Shown one piece after another: positions 45,727 through 54,530 of a stretch of DNA of 64,000 nucleotides. This stretch comes from an archaeon. GTDB taxonomy: Archaea > Thermoproteota > Nitrososphaeria > Nitrososphaerales > Gagatemarchaeaceae. The translations under genes were made by a program, and so were the position numbers. Below the pieces are notes generated by a model that was not told the DNA's origin, searched no databases, and worked only from the letters and a program-made list of their open reading frames with translations. Positions within the stretch are counted from its first letter, which is position 1. Each line of letters begins with the position of its first letter. The stretch covers positions 458-64,457 of the forward strand of contig JAKACC010000003.1 of the NCBI GenBank assembly GCA_021796515.1, given 5' to 3'.

Positions 45727-48242
45727 CCGGGGGAGGCTGCCGGCTTCCTGTTCTGTTCCCTCAGCTGCTCTACTTCAGCCCTGAGCCTGGCTATCTCGCC
45801 TGAGGTCTCTGCCGCCTCGGCAGTCCTGTGGTAGATGTCCAGCGCCTTCCTCCTGATCCCGAGCTGGGGATCTGACCGACCCGCCTCCTTCAGGTCGTCA
45901 AGGAGCCTCCTGTCAAGGGTGTCCCTGAGTACCAGGCTCACCAGTATCTGCCTGACCCTGTATTCCTTGTCGTGCCTGAGTATCTCCTTGAGCATCGGGA
46001 CCTCTGCTTCCAGGATGAACCCCCGCGCGTCTATCGCCTTGAGCGCCCCGACCCGCACCCTGGTAGGCCTGCCATAGGCCAGCGACTCTCTGATCACCGC
46101 GTCGGCTTCAGGGCTCTTTAGCTTCCCCATGGCCTCCACTGACGCCTCCCCCAGCACCTCGTTGACCGTGTGCACCGCCATCGCCTGCTTCAGGTGCGGG
46201 AAGGCCCCTTCGGGCCACGACTTCGCGAGCCCGAGGGCGGCTTCACATCTAACGAAGGGGCTCGGGTCAGTTTCCAGCATCTCCACCAGCGCTTTCCTCG
46301 CGTCCTCGTGCTTGAACGAGCCGAGGGCCGCCGCGGCGCCCCTCCTCACCTTCCTATCCTTCGCCGCCTTGGACCGGAGGACCGCCTGCAGCGCGCCGTC
46401 CGTCCCTATCTGCCCCAGCGCCTTCAGGGCGCACGCCCTCACGTTCCAGAACTGCTCCGTCTCTGCCGCGCGCGCGAGCCCTTCTATCGTCCCCCCGTCC
46501 TTCAGCTTCCCGAGCTCTTTCGCGGCCTCCGCCCTGCTTGATGCGTCCTGGCTGTCCTTCAGCTGGTTCAGGAGGAGGGCGGTCGTCTTGTCGAATTTCA
46601 CCCTCTTGAGGAGCCACCCCTTCGGGTCGAACTCCACGACGTCCGGCTTCGAAGGAAGGGCGAAGGTGAAAGTCTGGTCGGCCGAGTCCAGGCCGACCCT
46701 GAAGCTCCGCCTCTCGCCCCCCACGAAGAAGACGACCTCGCAGGGGAGCTTGAACACCGGGGTCCCGTCGTCTGTCTTCTGGACCTGTCTGACCCTGAGG
46801 GTCGCCAGCTTCCCAGCGTCGTCCCAGGAGTATGCCACCTCGAACTCGGGGTGCCCTGGCTTGTAGAACGACTGCCCGAAGAACTCCTGCAGCTGCAGCC
46901 CACTAACCTTCTCCATCGCCTTCCGGAAGTCGTCGGTGTCAGCCACGGACAGGGCGAACGACTTCAGGTACAGCGATATGCCGTCGAAGAAGGCGCCGTC
47001 CCCCATCAGGAACCTCAGCTCGTGCAGCCTCGCGGCCCCTTTGGGGTAGAGGTGCATGTCGAAGATGTCGTCGGGCCAGATGTAATCCCTCTCCACGATC
47101 GGGCGCCTGTATTCCTTCTCGTCCTCCTCGAAGTAGGTCTCCATCCTCGCGGCCAGGGCCCACAGCATTTCGTCCATCCCTCTCGTCTTCTCCAGGTAGA
47201 GAACCTGGAAGTAGGATGCGAACCCCTCGTTCAGCCAGGCGTGGGGCCAGTCTGCACAGGTGACGTAGTCTCCGAACCACTGGTGGGCGAACTCGTGGGC
47301 GACGAGGTCTACTGCGCGCTGATAGGGAGACGCGTAGGTGGCCGAGAAGTCCTCTTCGGAGGCGGCGTCAGCATAATAATTTGTGGCTAGGGTCGTAGCG
47401 TTCAGGTTCTCCTCGCCTCCAGCCACGAAGTCCTCGACGGTGGTCTGGTCGTACTTCAGGTACGGGTATTTCACCCCTGTGATGTCTTCGAAGACCTCCA
47501 ATATCTTAGGGGTCTCCCCGAAGTACCTGAGCACGTCCTCCCTCTTGGACTCTGGAAAGTTGTAGTTCAGCTTGACTCCCCGGGCTTCCTGGGTGACCAC
47601 CCCGAACTTCCCAGCGACGAAGGAAGTGAGATAGCACGAATGGGGGGTCTCCTCCAGCCAGTGGAATGTGGCTCTTCCCCCTCCGACCTTGGTCGAAAGC
47701 AGTTTCCCGTTGGATATAACCCGGAACTCGGAAGGCACGGTGAGGACGAGCTCGCTGCTCGACTTGTCGGCCGGATGGTCATGGCAGGGGAACCAGTATC
47801 GCGACTCTTCGGCCTCGGTGTGGGTCCAGGCCTGGACCTCCTTCTCCGGGTGCTCCTTGTCGGGGCCGGTGAAGTACAGCCCCATCTTGGGGAAGGCCGA
47901 GTACTCGACCTTTACCGAGCGCTTCCCCGCCCTCGGATGCATCTTCACCGCAAGGATGGAACCGTCGTGCTCGTATTCCGCAGGGGCGCCGTCGACCGAC
48001 ACCTTCGATATCTCGAGACCTACCGCGTCGAAGTGGGCGGACCCGAGCTCGCCCCTGACCGGCTCGATGTCCAGGGTCGCGGAGCCTGCGATGCGCTTCT
48101 TCTGGAAGTCGACGTCGAGCTCGACCTTCACGTGTCTGGTCTTGTACTCGAGCGGGGGAGGGTAGTGGGCGCCCGACTCCGGGAGGTGAAACGTCCTTCT
48201 GACCTCTGTGCCCACAGTTCGCCCGTCCGCCGCAGGGCTCAA
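45723..48242 (-). CDS. M1-family aminopeptidase with C-terminal HEAT repeats (tricorn-interacting-factor F3-like)
   Basis: GAMEN-region equivalent (VAGGEENL), zinc site HEFAHQWFGD...WLNEGFA, and C-terminal HEAT-like repeats (..VRRGAAAALG.., ..PFVRCEAALGLA..); 839 aa. Confidence 0.9.
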   Translation of the reverse strand: MSPAADGRTVGTEVRRTFHLPESGAHYPPPLEYKTRHVKVELDVDFQKKRIAGSATLDIEPVRGELGSAHFDAVGLEISKVSVDGAPAEYEHDGSILAVKMHPRAGKRSVKVEYSAFPKMGLYFTGPDKEHPEKEVQAWTHTEAEESRYWFPCHDHPADKSSSELVLTVPSEFRVISNGKLLSTKVGGGRATFHWLEETPHSCYLTSFVAGKFGVVTQEARGVKLNYNFPESKREDVLRYFGETPKILEVFEDITGVKYPYLKYDQTTVEDFVAGGEENLNATTLATNYYADAASEEDFSATYASPYQRAVDLVAHEFAHQWFGDYVTCADWPHAWLNEGFASYFQVLYLEKTRGMDEMLWALAARMETYFEEDEKEYRRPIVERDYIWPDDIFDMHLYPKGAARLHELRFLMGDGAFFDGISLYLKSFALSVADTDDFRKAMEKVSGLQLQEFFGQSFYKPGHPEFEVAYSWDDAGKLATLRVRQVQKTDDGTPVFKLPCEVVFFVGGERRSFRVGLDSADQTFTFALPSKPDVVEFDPKGWLLKRVKFDKTTALLLNQLKDSQDASSRAEAAKELGKLKDGGTIEGLARAAETEQFWNVRACALKALGQIGTDGALQAVLRSKAAKDRKVRRGAAAALGSFKHEDARKALVEMLETDPSPFVRCEAALGLAKSWPEGAFPHLKQAMAVHTVNEVLGEASVEAMGKLKSPEADAVIRESLAYGRPTRVRVGALKAIDARGFILEAEVPMLKEILRHDKEYRVRQILVSLVLRDTLDRRLLDDLKEAGRSDPQLGIRRKALDIYHRTAEAAETSGEIARLRAEVEQLREQNRKPAASPG

Positions 48243-48280
48243 AAGAGTTTCGAGAGCGGCATAGTTGAAATAAGGTACGG

Positions 48281-48688
48281 GTGGCGGGCGGCCCGTTGGT
48301 CTCCATCCAGAGGGCCATCCAGGGCTCGATAATCTTCGCCACCCTGTTCGGGGTCCCGTTCCTCGTGGAGGTACACCCGGTCCTCCCTGCCGTCGTCTTC
48401 GACTCCGTCGGGTTCGGCTGGGTCCTTTTCGTCGTGGACAGCGCCCTGACCTTCGTCAGGCCCAGGGAGTCCTATTACCTGGGGGTCGTTCTCGCGGCGG
48501 CAGCTCTCCTGGCGACCTGGTCGCAGCCGGCGCACCTGAGTCTGATAGAAGGAGGGGACCTGGTGGCAGCCGCCACTATCATTATTGGGACGGTCACCGA
48601 GGTCGCTATCATCGGCCTCACCGCCTATTTCCTGGCCGCGGGGAAGAGGAAAGACCCGTGGGCCTGGCCTGGGAAGCAAGAAGACTAG
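48281..48688 (+). CDS. small 4-TM membrane protein, unknown function
   Basis: 135-aa hydrophobic ORF. No family recognised. Confidence 0.45.
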   Translation: MAGGPLVSIQRAIQGSIIFATLFGVPFLVEVHPVLPAVVFDSVGFGWVLFVVDSALTFVRPRESYYLGVVLAAAALLATWSQPAHLSLIEGGDLVAAATIIIGTVTEVAIIGLTAYFLAAGKRKDPWAWPGKQED

Positions 48689-48884
48689 AACCACCGAATC
48701 GGCTGCCTGCCTGCGCCGCCAGGGAAGGAAGGGGTTCGCCTCTCGCGACCGTGGATGCACCTCCCATGGAAACCCGCCGCGCTTGGAAGCGCCCAGGGGA
48801 GCGGTATGGCTGGGCTTTCTCCGGCACAGGTGGCATCAGGAGCGGTTGCCAGGCATCAGAGACGCGCGCCCGCCTCTCGTGCTC

Positions 48885-51215
48885 TCAGATGTAGCCCCAG
48901 CTGATGAGCATGTCGCTGTCGTGAGTCCATCTCTGGCCGATGTCGCTCCGGTAGAACATGTTCGGGATCATGACGTTCTTTACGTTCTGGTAGGCTTTGT
49001 CTATTGCGTCTGCCATGGTCGCTCCTGACCCTGTGACCACGAGCGCATACCCTGAATTTCCGGCGATGCGCCAGTCTCCGTTCTCCTGCTTTACCTCCCC
49101 TATGTGCACGCCGTCATGTGCCTGGCGCCGGAAGAGGATCGTCGCCCCCTCGGAGTACTTCTTGAACGCCTTCTCGTCTTCGAAAGGCCAGGGCGGGATC
49201 GCCACGACGACTCCCACCTGGTACCCCTTCTTCGTTTTCAACTGGGCATCGTTCCCGTGCGCTATGTCGAACAGAAACTGGCCCCACTCGCTCGTGATCC
49301 CCTCCATCTGTATGCTGATTGTGGGATACCCGAACCGACAGTTCCCGGCGAAGTAGGGTCTGCCATTCCTTCTCACCAACATCGTGTGCCAGTCCTCCAC
49401 TTCGACGTCCCATACGACGCCGGAGTACTCCTGCCTTGAGACCGTCCGCTCGTCCAGGGGGGAGTCAAGCCGAGTCCGGACGGAGAGCTCGTTCAGGTCC
49501 CAGCTCCGGGGATCCCCTCCGATGGAGACAGTCTCTCCCTGCTCTCCTACGCTGATGTTGGCGACGCTCCCGGATTTTATGATGATCTCTTGGAGGTCGT
49601 CGGCCAGCCTATGCGAAGCGGTCGCCGCGCTCTTTCCCCGGGTGTTTCTGCGGCCGTCCCCCCCGCCGAGCGAATAGCCGCGCCAAAGCGAGCGAAGCAG
49701 TTCAGGTGCAAGCTCCTTGAACCGGCTCGGGACGAACTTTTCGCTGGCACCAAGGGCCGAGAGCCTGAGTTCCTCCAGGAACGTGACTAGCTGGACCGAG
49801 GAGATCTGGAACCCTCCGCCCTTTTGGGAGGTGTAGCTCAGCCCCGTCTCCTTCAGTATCCCTTCTATTTCGTCTTGACTGTGGCTCTTACCCTCGGACA
49901 GCTTGATGACGCGCCGGTCTTCTGATACAGACCCTCCCGCCAGATACAGCCCCAGTAGCCCCATGAACGCCCCGGCCGGGACAAGGACAGGCTGATGGAG
50001 GACCTCCGTGGTCCTCCCGTCCTTTCCCGACTGATTCTGCTCGGCGTAACCGGGGATTTCTACGCTCTCCAGGTGCTTCCCCGCGAAAGACCCGCTCCTG
50101 ACCACCCGGGCGCCATAGGATGGGAAGGCTCCTGCCTTCGCGAACTCCACCCCTCCGGGCCGACTCACCAAGAGGTTGTGGTCTGGCGTGACCAGCGCGT
50201 CGAGACCGGAGCGGGCATTGCCGGTGGCTCCCAGGTGCACCATCTCTCCGCGGTATGTCTTGACCAGCAGGCCTGTGATTCGCTTCCAGCTCATCTCCCG
50301 AGTCTTCGGTTCGATCGCCAGCGTCTCGTCCCCCATTTCGACCTCGAAGTACTTCTTCCACCCGGCCTTGGTGAGTATCTCCGTCGACTCGTCGTAGCAG
50401 GTCCACTCGAGAGGCCAGATGCCCTTCGAGTTGGCGATGCAGTTGATGTCGACGTATCCGACGTACTTGCTGGCGGCCAGCTTCTCTTTCGCTTTCTCCA
50501 GTGTCCGTTCAAAGACCGGGCTGTCCTTGGTGTAGAACGTGGCTGTCCCCATTTCGCCTGTACTCGGACCCAATTCGCCAGGAAAGAGGCGTTTATGCTC
50601 GAAGTTGACGCAGACAGGCATTACGAACTCCTTTCCGTTAAAGAAGGCTCCCACGGCTATTTCCACCCCCTCGGCGAACTTCTGCATCTGGAACTCTTTG
50701 ATCTTCTTGGACCAGTTCGCTTTGTAGTGCTCGAGCACCTGGAGGACGTCCTTTCCGTCCGGCTCCTGGCCGATGAACAGCAGCTCCTTTTCGCTCTGCG
50801 CCTTCCCGCTGGGTTTCAGGACGTATCTGTCAGGGTTCTTCCTGACGAAATCTACGGCGTCATCGAACGACGTGAAGTTCCAGCTCGGCAAGACGTCGAC
50901 GCCGACCGAGTTCAACTCCGATTGGCCGAACTCCCTATCGAGCTCGAGCTTGTCCGTGTACGGCGTGCCGCCGACCACGAACCTCCCCTCCGCGCGCAAT
51001 TGATCCGCTTTGTTTCCGAAGCCGATGTCGTCGAAGACGAACACGTCGGCCCAGTCCTTCAGGGACTCCCACTCGTCGACTTTTTCGAAGAACCCCAGGC
51101 CCACGTCTTTCTCTCCCTGGCCGTGGCAGTACATCTTCACCTCGTGTCCTTCCTTCTTCAGTTGCCACGCAAGGTCGGCGGACAGACTTTCCTCAGTCAC
51201 GAACAGAAACTTCAT
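48885..51215 (-). CDS. PurD-like ATP-grasp ligase (divergent), interrupted by an intein
   Basis: The exteins are colinear with glycinamide ribonucleotide synthetase: MKFLFV..LAWQLKK N-domain, an ATP-grasp core, and C-terminal GYALVVTGSGATMADAIDKAYQNVKNV..MFYRSDIG. The canonical GGREHA box is absent. ATATTAA box 27-33 nt upstream of ATG 51215. Confidence 0.8.
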   Translation of the reverse strand: MKFLFVTEESLSADLAWQLKKEGHEVKMYCHGQGEKDVGLGFFEKVDEWESLKDWADVFVFDDIGFGNKADQLRAEGRFVVGGTPYTDKLELDREFGQSELNSVGVDVLPSWNFTSFDDAVDFVRKNPDRYVLKPSGKAQSEKELLFIGQEPDGKDVLQVLEHYKANWSKKIKEFQMQKFAEGVEIAVGAFFNGKEFVMPVCVNFEHKRLFPGELGPSTGEMGTATFYTKDSPVFERTLEKAKEKLAASKYVGYVDINCIANSKGIWPLEWTCYDESTEILTKAGWKKYFEVEMGDETLAIEPKTREMSWKRITGLLVKTYRGEMVHLGATGNARSGLDALVTPDHNLLVSRPGGVEFAKAGAFPSYGARVVRSGSFAGKHLESVEIPGYAEQNQSGKDGRTTEVLHQPVLVPAGAFMGLLGLYLAGGSVSEDRRVIKLSEGKSHSQDEIEGILKETGLSYTSQKGGGFQISSVQLVTFLEELRLSALGASEKFVPSRFKELAPELLRSLWRGYSLGGGDGRRNTRGKSAATASHRLADDLQEIIIKSGSVANISVGEQGETVSIGGDPRSWDLNELSVRTRLDSPLDERTVSRQEYSGVVWDVEVEDWHTMLVRRNGRPYFAGNCRFGYPTISIQMEGITSEWGQFLFDIAHGNDAQLKTKKGYQVGVVVAIPPWPFEDEKAFKKYSEGATILFRRQAHDGVHIGEVKQENGDWRIAGNSGYALVVTGSGATMADAIDKAYQNVKNVMIPNMFYRSDIGQRWTHDSDMLISWGYI
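49341..50399 (-). mobile_element. intein (353 aa) with degenerate LAGLIDADG homing-endonuclease domain
   Basis: Begins Cys (TGC at 50399-50397) in CYDESTEILT. Contains TPDHNLLV (block B), LLGLYLAGGSV and LWRGYSLGGGDG (LAGLIDADG-like), and VWDVEVEDWHTMLV (block F). Ends ..FAGN (AAC at 49343-49341) followed by Cys +1 (TGT at 49340-49338). Confidence 0.85.
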
Positions 51216-51366
51216 CGAGTGCCTCATCATCCTTCCAGCAGTTAATATCTGTTCGCGAAGTTCTGGGGGTGTCGGGCAGGGCCCGCCCGTCGGTCGCGAT
51301 CCGCGGGACGGTGCGTCGGAGCCGCCGTCATGCCGCTCGTTTTCAAAAATGAGAAAGGCCGGACTG

Positions 51367-51374
51367 CTTATATC
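51367..51374 (+). promoter_or_regulatory. TATA-like box CTTATATC upstream of the respiratory operon
   Basis: Lies 24-31 nt upstream of the TTG start at 51398, consistent with a leaderless first gene. Confidence 0.4.
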
Positions 51375-51397
51375 GGCTCCGGAACAGAATCACCTAG

Positions 51398-52084
51398 TTG
51401 AGCACCAGGACATCGCTGGCCGGAGGATTCACGGTCGCTGTTCTCGCTGCCGCGCTGATACTTTCCGGCTATGGCGCGGCGGTCGCGCTTGGCCCCAAGA
51501 CAGGCTCGGCGACCACTGTCACGACCACGACCACGGCGACCAATTCGTCGACGCTTTCGCCGTACGTCCTCACTCTGGTGATAACCACAAACAACATGTT
51601 CAACGCGAGCGCGGGAGACCAGCCGGCTTACTATGTCCTCGGACCGGCGGGGCTTGAGTCGGCGGCCAACATTAACCTCCCGGCGAACCGTCTGATCAAA
51701 CTGGTGATAGTGAACTACGACGACGGCAACGCCTCGCTCGCGATCCCCAGCGACAACGTGGTCTCTGGTACTATCAACGGGACCATCTTCGTGGCTTCCA
51801 ACGACAACGTGAACTCCTCCCAGGGTCCGTCAGGAATCGTCCTTGCAGGCGGGGTGACACAGTCTACCGTCCCAGCTTCCGAGGTGGCCCACACCTTCAC
51901 CGTCCCTTCGATCAACCTCAACGTCCCGGTCCCCCTGAGCTCCACGGTGGTGGCTTACTTCACCCTCGCCAGCCCCGGGACCTTCATCTGGTTCTGCGAG
52001 ACCGAATGCGGCTGCGGGCTGACCGGGACCCAGTGTGCCATGTCTTCCCCCGGCTGGATGACCGGAAACCTGGTGGCGAGCTGA
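51398..52084 (+). CDS. membrane-anchored, probably glycosylated cupredoxin, CuA (oxidase subunit II)-like with altered ligand loop
   Basis: N-terminal TM helix, Thr-rich linker and several N-x-S/T sequons. EVAHTFTVPS...PGTFIWFCETECG has CuA-type His-35-Cys and C-x3-C spacing. No second His; extra Cys residues. Confidence 0.65.
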   Translation: MSTRTSLAGGFTVAVLAAALILSGYGAAVALGPKTGSATTVTTTTTATNSSTLSPYVLTLVITTNNMFNASAGDQPAYYVLGPAGLESAANINLPANRLIKLVIVNYDDGNASLAIPSDNVVSGTINGTIFVASNDNVNSSQGPSGIVLAGGVTQSTVPASEVAHTFTVPSINLNVPVPLSSTVVAYFTLASPGTFIWFCETECGCGLTGTQCAMSSPGWMTGNLVAS

Positions 52085-52126
52085 TAAACTGAGTCGGCCA
52101 TCCCCTCCGGCGGTGGTCGGTCGCTG

Positions 52127-52759
52127 ATGTCAGACCAGGAATCCGGGGAGAAAGACGGGTCCAGGCGCGAGTTCCTGAAGGCGGCTGCGGCCGTATCCGG
52201 TGTCCTCGCCGTCGCCGGGATTGCCTCGGTGATGAAGGCTGTCGTCATCCCGGCCGTCCCTTCGCAGGCCCAGACCGCCGTCGGCGGGTTCCCCAGGGTA
52301 AAGATCTCGAACGTCGGCGCGCTTTCAGCCAACGTGGCCCTCCTCTTCAACTACCCTCTCGACAACGAGCCGAACGTCCTCGTCAAGCTGGGCCAGGAGG
52401 CGGAGAGAGGGGTCGGGCCGGACGGAGACATAGTCGCATTCAGCCAGGTCTGCCAGCACCTCGGGTGCATCTGGGGGTACGTCGCCTCGGGGGATTCCCC
52501 CAAGGTCAACCCGTCCTACGTAGCGACAGCCCCGGTCGGCTACTGCCCATGCCACGGCAGCGTCTATGACCTGGTCGAAGAGGCCAAGGTGGTAGGTGGG
52601 CCGGCGCCGAGGCCCGTCCCTCAGGTCCAACTGGAAGTGGATAGCTCCGGGGACATCTACGCGGTGGGGATGTGGCCGCCGACCATATTCAACCACGACA
52701 CAGGCTCGAACGACGTGAACTACGACCTGCAGGGGGGGACCCCTGTGGCCTCCTCATAG
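52127..52759 (+). CDS. Rieske [2Fe-2S] protein with Tat signal
   Basis: SRREFLKAAAAV twin-arginine signal. CQHLGC (box I) and CPCHGS (box II). Confidence 0.9.
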   Translation: MSDQESGEKDGSRREFLKAAAAVSGVLAVAGIASVMKAVVIPAVPSQAQTAVGGFPRVKISNVGALSANVALLFNYPLDNEPNVLVKLGQEAERGVGPDGDIVAFSQVCQHLGCIWGYVASGDSPKVNPSYVATAPVGYCPCHGSVYDLVEEAKVVGGPAPRPVPQVQLEVDSSGDIYAVGMWPPTIFNHDTGSNDVNYDLQGGTPVASS

Positions 52760-52770
52760 GAGACGTTGTG

Positions 52771-54246
52771 ATGTCTGGCAAAGAGGGAATGCTCGAGCGC
52801 GTGGCGGGATGGTTCGACTCGCGGCTGGGGCTGAGCTATCCTCTCCTCCGCCCGGTCCCGAAGTACGCCCTCAACCCCTTCTACTGGCTGGGGGCCTTGA
52901 CTGTGGTGGCCTTCGTCATCCAGGGGGTCACCGGGATAATAATGATGCTCTATTACGTCCCTGACCCCACCCAGGCCTACTCGTCGACCCAGTACATCTT
53001 CCAGAACGTCTACAACGGAAGGTTCCTGGAGACGATACACCTCTACACCGCCTACGCCATGATCATGCTGGCGTTCATGCACATGATGCGTGGGTACTTC
53101 GTCTCAATCCAGAAGAGGCCAAGGGAGGCCATGTGGATCGTCGGGATGCTCATGGGGTTCGTCACCCTAGGGTTCGGGTTCACTGGTTATCTTCTCCCAT
53201 GGACCGTGGTCTCAAAGTCGGCGACGGACGTCGGAGTCGGGATGGTCAGCGCGCTCCCTCAGCCTCTCTCTTCGCTCATCACCTTCCTGATAGTGGGGAA
53301 TGGGGGCGACGGAGCGGAGCTGCTCAGATTCTTCGACATGCACGTGGTCCTACTCCCGGCCGTCCTCCTCATCCTGCTGGTCGTGAAGATGTACATGCTC
53401 GAGGCCCACGGCGTCGGCGAGCCTACTTCAGGGGCGACCGAGGAGCAGAAGTCTAGGACCGTCCCTGTCTTCCCTGACGTCACGATGTATCTCTTCGAGC
53501 TCTCTCTCCTCTTCGGGGCGGGGATGCTCCTGGTCTCGGCCCTCTTCCCGCTCACCCTCCCCCCAGAGTACTCGGCCGCTGCCGCGTCGCAATACATCCC
53601 ACAACCGGACTGGTACTTCCTCTGGATTTATCAGATACTCAAGATCAAGGTCTTCGAAGGGACCACTGGGTTGGCGGCGGCGCTCACGGTCGTCACCATC
53701 ATCTTCGCCTTGCTTGCGCTCTTGCCCTTCATAGACAGAGGAAAGAGCCGCCAGACATCCAGGCGCCCTCTCTACACCACCGTAGGCGCCGTGTTCGTGG
53801 CCGAGGTGGTGGCCCTGTCATACTGGGGGCTCGTGACCCCCGGGGAGATAATCCCCATCGAACAGGCGGCGCTCGTGATCGGCGGGACCGCCCTCCTCGT
53901 CATGTTCGGCTCCTTCGTGCTCTACAGGCTCATGTACTCACGCGCTAGGAAGCGCCTCCCCTTGGGGCCGGCGAAGGAGGTGCCCCGCTCCGAGCTGAAG
54001 GCCGGCCTTGCGTTCGCAGGGCTTGTGGCGGCAGGGGCTTTCGCGATGGCATGGCTCCTCAACGGGGCCGTCGGGGCGATCCTGTCCGGTTGGACGGCGG
54101 GGGATGCCGTATCCCTGCTCGCGTCGTCTTCCCTGCTGGCGCTCGACTTCCTAGGGAGCGTCTTCCTGATCTACAGGCTCGATCTTAGGACCGGGAGCGT
54201 GAAGAGGAGGGTCAGGCTCCTAGAGGTAGGGTGGAAGGAAGGATGA
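52771..54246 (+). CDS. cytochrome b (fused b6 + subunit IV type with extra C-terminal helices)
   Basis: IHLYTAYAMIMLAFMH (H-x13-H, helix B), LLPW, RFFDMH (helix D), PDWY Qo motif (53605-53616). AGGAG 8 nt upstream of ATG 52771. Confidence 0.9.
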   Translation: MSGKEGMLERVAGWFDSRLGLSYPLLRPVPKYALNPFYWLGALTVVAFVIQGVTGIIMMLYYVPDPTQAYSSTQYIFQNVYNGRFLETIHLYTAYAMIMLAFMHMMRGYFVSIQKRPREAMWIVGMLMGFVTLGFGFTGYLLPWTVVSKSATDVGVGMVSALPQPLSSLITFLIVGNGGDGAELLRFFDMHVVLLPAVLLILLVVKMYMLEAHGVGEPTSGATEEQKSRTVPVFPDVTMYLFELSLLFGAGMLLVSALFPLTLPPEYSAAAASQYIPQPDWYFLWIYQILKIKVFEGTTGLAAALTVVTIIFALLALLPFIDRGKSRQTSRRPLYTTVGAVFVAEVVALSYWGLVTPGEIIPIEQAALVIGGTALLVMFGSFVLYRLMYSRARKRLPLGPAKEVPRSELKAGLAFAGLVAAGAFAMAWLLNGAVGAILSGWTAGDAVSLLASSSLLALDFLGSVFLIYRLDLRTGSVKRRVRLLEVGWKEG

Positions 54247-54515
54247 GGGTGGCCGCCTCCTTTACAGCCCTCCAGGTGGTGTTCCTGGTCGCGCTCCAGG
54301 CAGCTACCACTTCCGTCCTCTGGCTCCTGAACCCGCTGACTCAGGCGGCCACCGACACCTTCGCCCTCTACCTGAGCGTCGACTTCCTCGCCTTCGCCCT
54401 GATCTCATACATCTACAGGTCGAGGAAGGCCTCCGGCGCCCCGTCCCAGACCTGGCTCGCCCTAGGGTATCTCGCGCTGATAGTACTCCTCGTCGCTAAC
54501 CTGGCCCTGGGCTGA
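54243..54515 (+). CDS. small 3-TM membrane protein, possible extra subunit of the Rieske/cyt b complex
   Basis: ATG 54243 overlaps the cytochrome b stop (ATGA). Hydrophobic, 90 aa. Confidence 0.5.
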   Translation: MRVAASFTALQVVFLVALQAATTSVLWLLNPLTQAATDTFALYLSVDFLAFALISYIYRSRKASGAPSQTWLALGYLALIVLLVANLALG

Positions 54516-54530
54516 GCTGCCCGGCTCGCG

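Noticed and set aside
49995-51245. 416-aa ORF antisense to the intein-containing gene; likewise 58157..59212 over the MFS gene
   Set aside because: No motifs and biased composition. The opposite or alternative frames have strong family signatures.
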